Assembly: GCA_021813435.1 (NCBI GenBank)
Contig: JAKAKR010000014.1
Location: forward strand, 98,889-122,888
Direction: 5' to 3'
DNA: 24,000 nt
Source of the DNA: Nanobdellota archaeon
GTDB lineage: Archaea > Nanobdellota > Nanobdellia > Woesearchaeales > UBA9642
Shown here: piece by piece, positions 1 to 9,600 of the stretch
Layout of the letters: each line of letters starts with the position of its first letter
Numbering within the stretch: the stretch's first letter is position 1
Program-made: the position numbers and the translations under genes
Notes under the pieces: generated by a model
Databases searched by the model: none
What the model was told of the DNA's origin: nothing
The model's input: only the letters and a program-made list of their open reading frames with translations

Positions 1-37
1 GACAACTTTTATAAATACCGTTTCCCCTATATCGCGC

Positions 38-520
38 ATGAGACAAAAAAGAGGCCAGTTTGCCTTAGAGTTCATTATGACCTATGGTTGGGCATTTCTC
101 GTCGTACTTATCGTGGTCTCGACCCTTGCGTATATGGGCGTATTCAACCCCTCGCAAGTCGCAAGCAGCAGATGCTTTTCCAAGACAGGGATCGCATGCA
201 TCGGCATGCCCCTTATCGAAAAAGACAAGGTCGCATTCACACTCAAGAATGGTCTTGGCATGAGTATACTCATCGATACCTCGCCGGGAAAAATTGATAT
301 GCCTGCGGCATGCAATGCAGTATATCTCTGTAATCAGGGCGATTTGACCTGCACCAACACCAGCCGCGCGATCAGTGAGGATGATGTATTCACAGTTGTC
401 AGTTATTGCAATCTTTCCACAGTGAACGATATCCATGAGGATTACACGCTCAAGTATACCAAGCCCCAGGGCGCGTTCGACTATCCTATGCTCGTCACGA
501 TTTCTGGAAGAGTATCCTAA
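38..520 (+). CDS. Class III signal-peptide (archaeal type IV pilin-like) secreted/membrane protein
   Basis: 160-aa ORF; N-terminus MRQKRGQFALEFIMTYGWAFLVVLIVVSTLAYMG is typical of archaeal class III signal peptide/pilin-like proteins; TATA-like tttataaat about 25 nt upstream of the ATG. Confidence 0.75.
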   Translation: MRQKRGQFALEFIMTYGWAFLVVLIVVSTLAYMGVFNPSQVASSRCFSKTGIACIGMPLIEKDKVAFTLKNGLGMSILIDTSPGKIDMPAACNAVYLCNQGDLTCTNTSRAISEDDVFTVVSYCNLSTVNDIHEDYTLKYTKPQGAFDYPMLVTISGRVS

Positions 521-614
521 AGAAACACTCCGTAGAGCGTATTCTTCATTTAAAGAAACATTTATAAACCGCCGGTTATTTCTTGCACTATACAGCTACG
601 AGAGGTACTACGAT

Positions 615-803
615 ATGGGACGGATTAAGACAATGCTGATCAAGCGAACTACTGAAGAGACAATGGCAAAATACGCTGACGAGTTCACCGGGGACTTTGA
701 ACAGAATAAGAAGGTCCTCGACTCCAAGGTACGAATATCCTCAAAAAAGATGCGTAATGTCATTGCAGGATACGCAACCAGACTCAAGAAACAAGGCAGG
801 TGA
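615..803 (+). CDS. rps17e: Ribosomal protein eS17
   Basis: The ORF listed at 435 starts too early; in-frame ATG at 615 gives MGRIKTMLIKRTTEETMAKYADEFTGDFEQNKKVLDSKVRISSKKMRNVIAGYATRLKKQGR, recognisable eS17; TATA-like tttataaa near 560. Confidence 0.9.
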   Translation: MGRIKTMLIKRTTEETMAKYADEFTGDFEQNKKVLDSKVRISSKKMRNVIAGYATRLKKQGR

Positions 804-808
804 TTGCC

Positions 809-1102
809 ATGGACGATGTCGTAGATAAAGACAACACAGTCTTTGTGGGAACAAAACCTTTCATGAATTATGTGACGGGTCTTGTCATGCAGTTCACGAC
901 CAAGAATGCCGACGAAGTATTTCTCAAGGCACGCGGAAAGTTCATCAGCAAGGCAGTCGATATCTGCGAGGTCACGACCAAACGATTCTTAAAAGACCAG
1001 GTCAAGGTCTTTGATATCCGGCTCAATTCTGAAGAGTTCACGAATAAAGAAGGGCGCCTTGTGCGCGTCTCAACCATCGAGATCGTCATGCGAAAAGCAT
1101 AA
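809..1102 (+). CDS. albA: DNA/RNA-binding protein Alba
   Basis: MDDVVDKDNTVFVGTKPFMNYVTGLVMQF... VFDIRLNSEEF...STIEIVMRKA matches the Alba family; 5' end is tightly linked to eS17 (GTG at 800 or ATG at 809). Confidence 0.85.
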   Translation: MDDVVDKDNTVFVGTKPFMNYVTGLVMQFTTKNADEVFLKARGKFISKAVDICEVTTKRFLKDQVKVFDIRLNSEEFTNKEGRLVRVSTIEIVMRKA

Positions 1103-1324
1103 ATTATTTTTCTTTATTATTAATCATAGATTTCTAAGCAATAGCATCAATAAGAGAGCATCCTAAAATAGTACTGCGAAAAAAATTCATAGGATTGCAA
1201 GTGATGAATTTTTTCATAAGAGAATGCTGCGAATGCGAGCGACGTGAACAAACACTGCAATGCGGGCAACTCGCGTTAACAAATTAAAAACTTTTTTAAA
1301 CAATCGATTATTTCATGCAGAAAC

Positions 1325-1399
1325 GGGCGCGTGGCTCAGCTTGGATAGAGCGACTGGCTTCGGACCAGTAGGTCGGGGGTTCGAATCCTCCCGCGCTCA
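1325..1399 (+). tRNA. tRNA-Arg (anticodon TCG)
   Basis: GGGCGCG...CGCGCTC acceptor, anticodon arm ACTGG-CTTCGGA-CCAGT with TCG anticodon, T arm GGGGG-TTCGAAT-CCTCC. Confidence 0.93.
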
Positions 1400-1467
1400 G
1401 TTTTTTATTCTTTACATGTGGTGGCTTTTGGCATTAAAAATATAAAGGGTTAAAGCAATAGGCCTGC

Positions 1468-2166
1468 ATGGTTCGCAAAGGACGCATTAATATACGGGAG
1501 TGGATAAAGCCGCTTGCAAATCTTGGAGTACTCAACAAACAGCAATTTCTTGAGATTGCCTCTGCTAACGACGACAAAGAGCAATTTCTGAGGAAGTATC
1601 ATCTGCCGCAATACCGCTATTTCGGTACAGTCAAGAGCGTTCCTGCATTGTTTCGTATTATTGAGCCGCAAGCGCGGAATGGGAGATTCTGGCTACGATG
1701 TATACCTGCAAAAACTAAAGTGAAAGTGATGACCTGCATTGACATGGGTTTTCATAACCTTCAAGAACAGATCACACTGATGAATAATAGTGGTGAAGTG
1801 TACCTGTTCCAGATTATTGAGTACATCAAGGGTACTCATGCAGGAACGATTATTGCAGATCACGGGAAGATTATCGGAGAATTATGGTGCGGCGATCATA
1901 TCGATCAGGATCGTATCTTCCGGGATGAATCATTTCGCCAGACTATCAATATTCCTATAGGAGAAACAGCATTCATGTATAGTAAAAATGCAACAGCCAG
2001 AGAACGTAGCATCATGATTGATGCATTGAAATTTTTCGCAAAAACACTCCATCCCAAAGACCTCGAACAACTCAAGTTATACGCAGATTATGTATATAAC
2101 CCTGACTGGGGATATATTTTTATTGATGGTTCAGAAAAAGATTTGTGGACAAACACCGGATTATAA
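1468..2166 (+). CDS. Hypothetical protein (232 aa)
   Basis: Long ORF MVRKGRINIREWIKPLANLGVLNKQQFLEIA...; no family recognised by eye. Confidence 0.7.
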   Translation: MVRKGRINIREWIKPLANLGVLNKQQFLEIASANDDKEQFLRKYHLPQYRYFGTVKSVPALFRIIEPQARNGRFWLRCIPAKTKVKVMTCIDMGFHNLQEQITLMNNSGEVYLFQIIEYIKGTHAGTIIADHGKIIGELWCGDHIDQDRIFRDESFRQTINIPIGETAFMYSKNATARERSIMIDALKFFAKTLHPKDLEQLKLYADYVYNPDWGYIFIDGSEKDLWTNTGL

Positions 2167-2191
2167 AATCGTAACGCGTACACGAATAGTA

Positions 2192-3154
2192 TCACTCATG
2201 CGCGCTTATCCTGTTCGAGTATTTCCCGCATTTGTCCCCGAAGTATGCAATCACTTTATGGTCCTGGTGGAATTCTACGACCTCGCAATGATTCGGACAG
2301 TCCTTGCAGGTGAAGCTTGTGGTCTTGAAGTTGTGGTGTGAGACGTCAAATCCCTTGAATTTACTCTTTGCCGTATGTGATTCGCGTGCAAGAAGCGCTG
2401 CGCCGATTGCGCCCATGACATTGAAGTGTACGGGAACAAGTACGTCATGCCCAAGGTGTTTACTGAACGCTCTTCTGATTCCGACGTTTGCTGCAACTCC
2501 GCCTTGAAAGACTACGGGTTTTTTTACGTCCTTGCCTTTTGCGACTGTTGCAAAATAATTGCGCACGAGCGCTTCGCAAAGTCCGTTGATGATATCATTG
2601 GTGGTGTATCCAAGCTGCTGCTTGTGGATCATGTCTGATTCTGCAAAGACTGTGCAACGCCCTGCGATGCGTACATCAGCGTTTGACTGGAGCGCGCGGT
2701 TGCCGAATTCCTCGATGGGAATACCGAGTCGTGATGCCTGCTGATCCAGAAAACTTCCTGTTCCTGCAGCACAGACATTGTTCATTGCAAAATCCGTGAC
2801 CACCCCATGCTCGAGGATGATGATCTTGGAGTCCTGCCCGCCGATCTCAATGATGGTGCGCGCATCTGGATGGAAATGCGTTGTTGCGACCGCGTGCGCA
2901 GTGATTTCGTTCTTGATGACATCAGCGCCGACCATTGCCGCGATAAGATAGCGCGCGCTGCCTGTCACTCCGACGCCATTGATGGTTGCGTTTGACGGGA
3001 GATGATGCTCGATCTCTTTGAGTCCTGCTTTTACTGAAGTGAGCGGGTCTCCGCGGGTGCGGATATAAGTTGTTGCAAGCACTGCATTCTTCTCATCAAT
3101 GAGCACCACATTGGTGCTTACTGAACCGACGTCGATTCCAAGATAGTATTCCAT
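2192..3154 (-). CDS. BadF/BadG/HgdC-type (2-hydroxyacyl-CoA dehydratase activase-like) ATPase
   Basis: MEYYLGIDVGSVSTNVVLIDE (ASKHA phosphate 1), GVTGSARYL, IGGQDSKII, NNVCAAGTGSFLDQQA; C-terminal CKDCPNHCEV cysteines. ORF track start at 3208 is probably too early; MEYYLG start at 3154. Confidence 0.9.
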   Translation of the reverse strand: MEYYLGIDVGSVSTNVVLIDEKNAVLATTYIRTRGDPLTSVKAGLKEIEHHLPSNATINGVGVTGSARYLIAAMVGADVIKNEITAHAVATTHFHPDARTIIEIGGQDSKIIILEHGVVTDFAMNNVCAAGTGSFLDQQASRLGIPIEEFGNRALQSNADVRIAGRCTVFAESDMIHKQQLGYTTNDIINGLCEALVRNYFATVAKGKDVKKPVVFQGGVAANVGIRRAFSKHLGHDVLVPVHFNVMGAIGAALLARESHTAKSKFKGFDVSHHNFKTTSFTCKDCPNHCEVVEFHQDHKVIAYFGDKCGKYSNRISAHE

Positions 3155-3346
3155 TGTTTTCCCTTCCATATACGCGTAGTATGTGATATGAGCGTCGCAG
3201 TCGCTCACATTGTTATATGTTTTCGAAAGAAAAAGTTGTCATTTGTCGTGAAAATTAAAAAATTTTCAAGACATCTAGAAAATCTTTGATTTTCTCGATG
3301 CAATTCCACAACTTTTTCATGATCGTGCATTTTTGGATGTTCGCCA

Positions 3347-4441
3347 TTAGACGGCGACGCTTTCATTTACAAGAGTCTTTTTTCCCTTCCGTAGTTTTAT
3401 TAAATCAACAAATGCCTCGATGCGTGTGGTGAATCCTGCATCTCCCGTCTGTTCATCGATGGGGAGGTATAGGATAGGGACGTGATAATCCTGTCCTACT
3501 TTAGGCAGGATGTTGCGGACAGTGATTTCCGGCATGCAATTGAATGGGTAGATCTGGATGATCCCATCATATCCTTCTTCAGCAAACCGGATGGCGTCCT
3601 TGATGGTGTCTTTTGCAAACGCTGCAACATTATGCCGCAGATATTTTTCTGCCTTGCCTTCAAGGACTATCTCGCTGGGTGAGAGCGATAATTTTCCGCC
3701 GAGGAGCGCGGAGATCTTTGTCCCCTGTCCGACGATGACGCCCATACTGAGCAATCGTTCATAAATATTGTTGTTGACTGTGCGCTCATTCAGGCAGTAG
3801 ATGTCTCCGATGACGCCGATCTTTACGAATCCTGTAGTATTGATTTTGGGGTAGCTGTCTGCGTCTTTTTTGAGCGAGCTGCCCATGCGCAGAAGCTTGG
3901 TGATCTTATCCGTATGCTTGATCTTATGCTCCCATTTGGCGTGAAAACGCTCGGCTTTTTTCTTTCCTGCAGCAATGTAGATTGCGCGGTAATAATCCAC
4001 GAGCGCATCATAGAGGAGCATTTTTTGTCGTCCGACAAGGAGTGCATTCGTGGTTTGGGTAAGAGTGAGTTTAGGATTGTAGCGGACAAATTGTGCGTGC
4101 ACCTTCTGCGGCTGGATGCTGGTCAATTCCACGAGTTCAAACTGTTTTCCGGTCTTTCGGGTGATATATTCTTGTGCTGCGCCGAAATCTGAGAGTTGGC
4201 AGGATACCTGTCCCCTGCCTGCAGGAGAGATATATACCTCTACACCCTGTTCAAGTCCCTGCATGAGCAGCCCCAGTGTGACCTTGAACGGAAAGCACGC
4301 AAATTCTGGGGCGTATAATACGCCACGACTGATGGTCGCATTGTTCGGGGCATGGGTTTGTATAGGCTCAAGTCCGATGAGTCGCATGAATGCGTCAGTT
4401 GCAATAGTCGAGTCGCCGATGCGCAGAAACATTGCTTTCAT
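3347..4441 (-). CDS. 2-hydroxyacyl-CoA dehydratase / DUF2229-like protein
   Basis: 364-aa ORF with EFACFPFKVTLG, IYPFNCMPEITVRNILPKVGQDYHVPILYLPIDEQTGDAGFTTRIEAFVDLI, typical of the C-terminal part of large CoA-dehydratase-activator proteins. Confidence 0.75.
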   Translation of the reverse strand: MKAMFLRIGDSTIATDAFMRLIGLEPIQTHAPNNATISRGVLYAPEFACFPFKVTLGLLMQGLEQGVEVYISPAGRGQVSCQLSDFGAAQEYITRKTGKQFELVELTSIQPQKVHAQFVRYNPKLTLTQTTNALLVGRQKMLLYDALVDYYRAIYIAAGKKKAERFHAKWEHKIKHTDKITKLLRMGSSLKKDADSYPKINTTGFVKIGVIGDIYCLNERTVNNNIYERLLSMGVIVGQGTKISALLGGKLSLSPSEIVLEGKAEKYLRHNVAAFAKDTIKDAIRFAEEGYDGIIQIYPFNCMPEITVRNILPKVGQDYHVPILYLPIDEQTGDAGFTTRIEAFVDLIKLRKGKKTLVNESVAV

Positions 4442-5385
4442 GAAGAGCCCCTCCGATCGATCATATCCAGAAATGCCTCAAGCCGGGTGACGAGTCCCGC
4501 GTCGCCCGAATGTTCATCAACAGTAATTGTCATGAACGGTTTTTGCGGGATGTGCGCTTCGATAAATTCCTTGACGAGTGAATCGCTTGAGCAGCTAAAT
4601 GGCGTCACATAAATGATTCCGTCAATATCTTTTGATCGCGCATAATAGAGTGCTGCAGCAAACACCCGATTGCCCAGGTTCCAATGGGTTTTCTTGCCGA
4701 GTTTTCCGAGGATGTTTTTGATCTGGTTCAGGGTGAGTACGTCTGAAGTGACGACCTTGATATTCTTTTTCTGCAATTTACTGATAAGTCCTGAACTGAT
4801 ATATTCATCATTGAAGACATAGGTATGTCCGATGACTGCGATGGTTCTTGTGCGCGGGTACTGCTGCTGTTTTCCTGCAAGCGCGTCTTCAAAGAGCCAT
4901 CCCTTCTTGATGCGACCATCAAAGGTGTGGTATTCCTTCAATGCCTTGCGGTACGCCGCGTATAATTCCACAGGATTCGGCTTTATCTGCATTGCAAGAT
5001 CGCGCAGCGCCTTGAACATGGTCGAGTATTTTGCATGCATATCAACATCAATAGTGAGGAGTTTGATTGGGATATTTGCCTTGACAAGGTCGGGCGAGCC
5101 GATGAGTTTTGGACAGATGTAGGATCCTTCCTGTGTCGAGATGATATACGGCAAAAAGATGTAGTCCACGCGGTCTTTGAGATCGATCACATGACCATAG
5201 AGGAGTTTGATAGGTAGGCAGAGTTCATTGTTGCTCGCAGAGAGTCCTGCATCAAGGATCTTCTTGTCTGTCTTTCTGCTGACAATAACTTCACAGCCGA
5301 TTTCCTCAAAGAATGTCTTGTAGAGCGGATAATAATCATAGAAGAATAATGCGCGCGGAATTCCGATGCGGATCTTTTTTGTCAT
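4438..5385 (-). CDS. DUF2229-like (CoA-substrate-specific enzyme activase-associated) protein
   Basis: MTKKIRIGIPRALFFYDYYPLYKTFFEEIGCEVIVS...NELCLPIKLLYGHV...TPFSCSSDSLVKEFI...DEHSGDAGLVTRLEAFLDMI; stop/start overlap of 4 nt with the 3347-4441 gene. Confidence 0.75.
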   Translation of the reverse strand: MTKKIRIGIPRALFFYDYYPLYKTFFEEIGCEVIVSRKTDKKILDAGLSASNNELCLPIKLLYGHVIDLKDRVDYIFLPYIISTQEGSYICPKLIGSPDLVKANIPIKLLTIDVDMHAKYSTMFKALRDLAMQIKPNPVELYAAYRKALKEYHTFDGRIKKGWLFEDALAGKQQQYPRTRTIAVIGHTYVFNDEYISSGLISKLQKKNIKVVTSDVLTLNQIKNILGKLGKKTHWNLGNRVFAAALYYARSKDIDGIIYVTPFSCSSDSLVKEFIEAHIPQKPFMTITVDEHSGDAGLVTRLEAFLDMIDRRGSS

Positions 5386-5493
5386 GACATCAATGCTAAT
5401 TGTGCGTATTCATAAATATTATGGTTTGTCGCTTCTTGATAGCAGGTATGGTTCATGAATAAGGGTATTACTTTTGATAGCATCAGTTGCGCA

Positions 5494-6156
5494 TCACTCA
5501 TTGTCGAATGTGATGTTTCCATCCAAATATACTCCTTTCTCGAGCTTTACTGGTCTCCAGGAGTCAAGGATGAGTTCTGCCCCAAGCCAGTCTGCAAGCG
5601 CTTGGGGATTGCCGATGGTCGCCGAAAGTCCGATGACCTGGATATTCTTGATGAGCATCTTGAGAAGCGTGATGATGATCTCAAGGGTCGGGCCGCGGCT
5701 GCTATCGTTTAAAAGATGGATCTCATCGATGATGACTACGCGGATTTTTTTGAGCCAGGGCGCTTGGTGCCTGATGAGTGAATCGAATTTTTCAGAGGTC
5801 GTGATGATAAGATCATACTTGTCAAGGTATGAATCATCGCTGTCAATATCCCCGGAGGTTATTGCAGTCCTGAATGCATGCATCTTTGAGAAGAACTTGT
5901 ATTTTTCTGTTGCAAGCGCGCGCAGGGGAACAATGTAGACGCATTTGCCCTTGTCATGAAAGATCGCATTCATGATTGCAAGTTCAGCGACAAGGGTCTT
6001 ACCGGATGCAGTGGGCGTGCAGATGAGCAGGCTCTTGTCCTCAAATACTCCCTTGTCGATTGCCTTGTATTGCGCAGGGCGCAGTGTCTGTATCCGCGGC
6101 TCTAGTTTTGCATAGATGGTTTTCGGGATCTTTGATCGGTATTTAGAGAGTTCCAT
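5494..6156 (-). pseudogene. N-terminal fragment of Hel308-like SF2 helicase (RecA1 domain only)
   Basis: LRPAQYKAIDKG (Q motif), TPTASGKTLVAE (motif I), IIDEIHLL (motif II), GLSATIGNP (motif III); ORF ends at ...DGNITFDNE* just after motif III, and only about 110 nt remain before the next gene, so RecA2/WH/ratchet domains are absent. Confidence 0.65.
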
Positions 6157-6192
6157 GACATAACCTTACCTTTTGATCGTGTCTTGCGCGCA

Positions 6193-7947
6193 TTACATCT
6201 CCTCGATTGCTTCAAATCCGAGAAGATCCATGCCTGATTGCAGGACAAATCTGATGCAATAGATTAAGAGGAGTCTTGCCTTCATGACGTGTTCTTCAGC
6301 CGTAAGAATAGGATTTGCATGGTAGAATTCGTTGAACTGCTGGGTCAATCCGAGAAGATAATGGGCAATGGTTGATGGCTTGAATTCTTTGGCCGCATTC
6401 TCGACTACTTGCGGGTATTTTGCAAGAGTCTTGACAAGCTCAATCTCATTGGATTGTTGCAGGAGCGTTGCATCAGCATGCAGGACAAACTCTTCGATAG
6501 CCACGATCTCTTTTTCTTTAGCAAGTTTTCTGAAAATCGAATTGATCCGCGCGTAACTATACTCGATATAGGGTCCGGTCTCTCCGTCGAAACTGAGCCA
6601 TTCATCAAAATCAAATACGATGATTCTATTGGTGTCATATTTGAGCATTCCAAACTTTAATGCAGAATACATGATGATGCTTGCATTTCCGCGGATTTTC
6701 TCCGGGGACCAATCCGGATGACGTTTTTTGGTTTCTGATTCTAGTTTTGCAAGGACCTTTTCCTTTAAATCCTCGTAGAGTATGACATTTCCCTGGCGTG
6801 AGGCCATGGGACCGTTTTTGGTTGTTACAAAATCGTAGGCGATGTGGTGCATATCTTTCTTGAATCCCATGAGATCCAGTGTCTTGAATAACTGCTGGAA
6901 ATAGAACGACTGCCGGGTATCGACAACATAATAACTCTTGTCAATGTTAAACTGCTCGAATTTTTTTTGTGCAAGCGCAAGGTCCTTTGTAGCATACAGT
7001 GAGGTACCGTCGCTTTTCAGGACCAAAAAGACGTCAAGTTTGTAGGGTTTAAGATCGACGAGCAGTGCGCCCTCGCTTTCTGTGACAATGTGTTTTTCCT
7101 GGAGTTCCTTGACAATGCTTTTTCCTTCCTCTTCTTCTTCGCTTTCAAAGAAGTAGATGTCAAAATGCACTCCTAATTCATCATAGATGGATTTGAACTG
7201 TTGCAGTGACCATTCACGCGTCTCTTTCCAGAGTGCGATTGTTGCAGGATCCTTCTGTTCAAGTTTTTGCAAGATCTGTGAAACCTCCTCTTTTGCTCCG
7301 ACATCTTCATCGATAAGGCGTGAGGATTCTGCATAAATTCTGCCTAAATATTTCCCTCGATTGGCAGGAATCTCATCGTTTGCGTGATTGCGCAGGTAGC
7401 ACCACAATGTTTTTGCGACATGGCTACCCATGTCTCCGATGTAATTTGCGGCAATGACTGTGTATCCTAATTTGCAGTAGATGCGTACCAGGCTGTCCCC
7501 GATACTGATATTGCGCAAGTGTCCAACGTGAAATTCCTTATGGGTATTGGGCTGGCTGAATTCAATCATTACCCGTTCTTTTTGCTTTTCCCTTGCGCCA
7601 TACTGGTCTTTTTCCTTCATGATCTGTGCAAGGATAGTTTTGGTATAGATGCCTTTGTTGATAAAGAAGTTGAGGTAGGGACCATTACTGGTGATGAGCG
7701 TGAAATGCTGATGATCTTCGGCAATATTTTTCTTGGTGAGTTTTTCTGCGAGTTCCTGCGCAATTATCTGCGGTGATTTTTTCAATTGCTTTGCAAAGAT
7801 AAAACAGGGCACGGCATAGTCACCCAGTTTCGGGTCCGGAGGGCTCTCGATGATTCCAAGGATTGCCTTTTTTTCGACGTCCAGTTCCTTGTGCAGAAGT
7901 TCTGCGATTTTTTCAGTAAAATCCATGAGAGTCATGAAAAGTTGCAT
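6193..7947 (-). CDS. argS: Arginyl-tRNA synthetase
   Basis: HIGH-like HVGHLRNISIGDSLVR, KFGMLKYDTNRIIVFD, C-terminal LLGFEAIEEM; 584 aa. Exact start among several Met codons uncertain. Confidence 0.93.
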   Translation of the reverse strand: MQLFMTLMDFTEKIAELLHKELDVEKKAILGIIESPPDPKLGDYAVPCFIFAKQLKKSPQIIAQELAEKLTKKNIAEDHQHFTLITSNGPYLNFFINKGIYTKTILAQIMKEKDQYGAREKQKERVMIEFSQPNTHKEFHVGHLRNISIGDSLVRIYCKLGYTVIAANYIGDMGSHVAKTLWCYLRNHANDEIPANRGKYLGRIYAESSRLIDEDVGAKEEVSQILQKLEQKDPATIALWKETREWSLQQFKSIYDELGVHFDIYFFESEEEEEGKSIVKELQEKHIVTESEGALLVDLKPYKLDVFLVLKSDGTSLYATKDLALAQKKFEQFNIDKSYYVVDTRQSFYFQQLFKTLDLMGFKKDMHHIAYDFVTTKNGPMASRQGNVILYEDLKEKVLAKLESETKKRHPDWSPEKIRGNASIIMYSALKFGMLKYDTNRIIVFDFDEWLSFDGETGPYIEYSYARINSIFRKLAKEKEIVAIEEFVLHADATLLQQSNEIELVKTLAKYPQVVENAAKEFKPSTIAHYLLGLTQQFNEFYHANPILTAEEHVMKARLLLIYCIRFVLQSGMDLLGFEAIEEM

Positions 7948-8063
7948 GGTTATAAAGTTTGTTTTTATGCAATGATACTCCCTGCATTACGCAACACCGC
8001 ATATGACTACTTCTTGGTACTCAAGATAATAAGATTTATAAAACAGGATTTATTCCGAATATC

Positions 8064-8960
8064 ATGGAAGACAATACCACAGGGGCGTCCACTGATGCGC
8101 GCAGTGCAGAAGCAAGCCGTCATCTTGATGCTGCTGAATTCAGGAAGCGCCTGGAGTTCAAACGGGATTATTATTACTCACGAATATCCCGCAACATGCC
8201 GCGCAAAGGAAGACCAACACTGATATTCCGGACGCATTCCAAAGATCGGGGGATTGTGCTGTCATACCAATTGCCGGGTGAAACCTGTGATGTTCTGGCG
8301 CATCTCGGCAGGGAAATCAAGACCATTATTCCAGGATTATACCTCACTCCACAAAGCGTGATGAATCTTGAGATATTCAAAGTCAAGGGAAAGGAAATCA
8401 CTGCCGCAACAGGTTATCGCCCGACCATTGCAGATCTCACTCAGCTCATTGAAGAGAATAGTGCTGAACTGGAACAGACTATCACGGGACTGCATGCAGT
8501 ACGCTACTCATTTGAGCGGTTCATGTTCGATACCTACTCGATTGTTGCTGCAGGGATTGCGCGTAGCGGCTATTATGAACAGGTACGACGGCTGTATCGC
8601 GCGCTTGACGATAAAGATGTGTTCAGAAAACACATTGCAGGCCAGAACAGCGGCGCAGGCATTGCCACTACTGACGAAGATGTCATCGCAGCGTATCTCA
8701 AGAATTTTCCTGGAGAAAATGCGCAGCAATGGACCAAGATTGCGCGATTCACTGACACGCACCCCATAACGCCAAAACAGCACCAGAAGATCCGCACGGT
8801 ATATAATGATTATCTCTCTTTCAAGGATGAAAATGGCGTCAATAAGTTGCGGGGGATACTGCTGGAACAAGTGCAGTTCAGCGTGTTTGAATTCACCCGT
8901 GAAGAATACCGCATAACACCAATCAAAACATTCAAACTCATCAATACCACGCAGGATTAG
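8064..8960 (+). CDS. Hypothetical protein (298 aa)
   Basis: Uninterrupted ORF with TATA-like tttataaa (about 8034-8041) roughly 25 nt upstream of the ATG; no recognised domain. Confidence 0.7.
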   Translation: MEDNTTGASTDARSAEASRHLDAAEFRKRLEFKRDYYYSRISRNMPRKGRPTLIFRTHSKDRGIVLSYQLPGETCDVLAHLGREIKTIIPGLYLTPQSVMNLEIFKVKGKEITAATGYRPTIADLTQLIEENSAELEQTITGLHAVRYSFERFMFDTYSIVAAGIARSGYYEQVRRLYRALDDKDVFRKHIAGQNSGAGIATTDEDVIAAYLKNFPGENAQQWTKIARFTDTHPITPKQHQKIRTVYNDYLSFKDENGVNKLRGILLEQVQFSVFEFTREEYRITPIKTFKLINTTQD

Positions 8961-8998
8961 TTGAGCGTCAATAAGAAATCAAAGGATAAAAAATGAAC

Positions 8999-9600
8999 CT
9001 CTCAGGCCTAAAGGCCTGAGTATCCTGTAAGAAATGTTTGTTCTCTTGCTCCACGGTTTGATTGTGCAATATAATTTTTTATAGATTCTGCAGTCACGTT
9101 TCCGACTGAGCGGAAAAATTTTCCTGGACTCCATAAGTGCCCAGTTCTAAAATAGTTTCTCAGCCATGGTTGTTTCTGAAAAAGTTTATAAGAAGTAAAG
9201 CCCTTAAGAAGGTTAAGCGCTTTGGAAACAGCAATGGTCGGTGGAATTTCCACAAATATATGGATGTGATCTTCCATGACTTCGAGTTCAAAGATTTGAA
9301 TTTTATAACGAAGCGCTGCTTCATTAAGGATTGCTTCGCAATCCTTTTTTATCCAAGGAAATTTGAAAATATCCCATGCATATTTTGGTTTCCAAACCAA
9401 ATGATAACTATTTTGCCTGACGCTGTGCGAAAAATTTGTTAATTCCATTTTGTTCGTCTCCGACGAACATAGCTCACGCTAACTTAGAGAGGTTAGTGCG
9501 TGACGCAAAAAATTCGTTCGTCACGCATTTTTTAATTTCAAAATAGAAAAAGTTATCCGTTACAGACTACAACTTGCCGTAAACGGCAAGGTATTCTGAA
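8999..9600 (-). mobile_element. IS200/IS605-family insertion sequence (tnpA only)
   Basis: Y1 transposase ORF flanked by two perfect hairpins with identical TAAA loops (9001-9020 CTCAGGCC-TAAA-GGCCTGAG; 9573-9590 CTTGCCG-TAAA-CGGCAAG) and by matching TGAAC motifs at 8994-8998 and 9597-9601. Exact ends are inferred. Confidence 0.7.
9008..9448 (-). CDS. tnpA: IS200/IS605 family transposase TnpA (HUH, Y1)
   Basis: SYHLVWKPKYAWDIF, HUH-type EDHIHIFVEIPP, catalytic-Tyr helix TAESIKNYI; 146 aa, apparently intact. Confidence 0.92.
   Translation of the reverse strand: MELTNFSHSVRQNSYHLVWKPKYAWDIFKFPWIKKDCEAILNEAALRYKIQIFELEVMEDHIHIFVEIPPTIAVSKALNLLKGFTSYKLFQKQPWLRNYFRTGHLWSPGKFFRSVGNVTAESIKNYIAQSNRGAREQTFLTGYSGL

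Noticed and set aside
1260-1445. 61-aa plus-strand ORF
   Set aside because: Spans tRNA-Arg(TCG); the tRNA fold fully explains the sequence.
3482-3764. Short plus-strand ORFs antisense to the DUF2229-like gene
   Set aside because: Shadow ORFs opposite well-supported coding sequence; no independent evidence.
6368-7776. Several ORFs antisense to argS
   Set aside because: Antisense to a clearly conserved arginyl-tRNA synthetase; typical shadow ORFs in higher-GC coding DNA.
9137-9442. 101-aa ORF opposite tnpA
   Set aside because: Exactly antisense to the recognisable Y1 transposase; shadow ORF.
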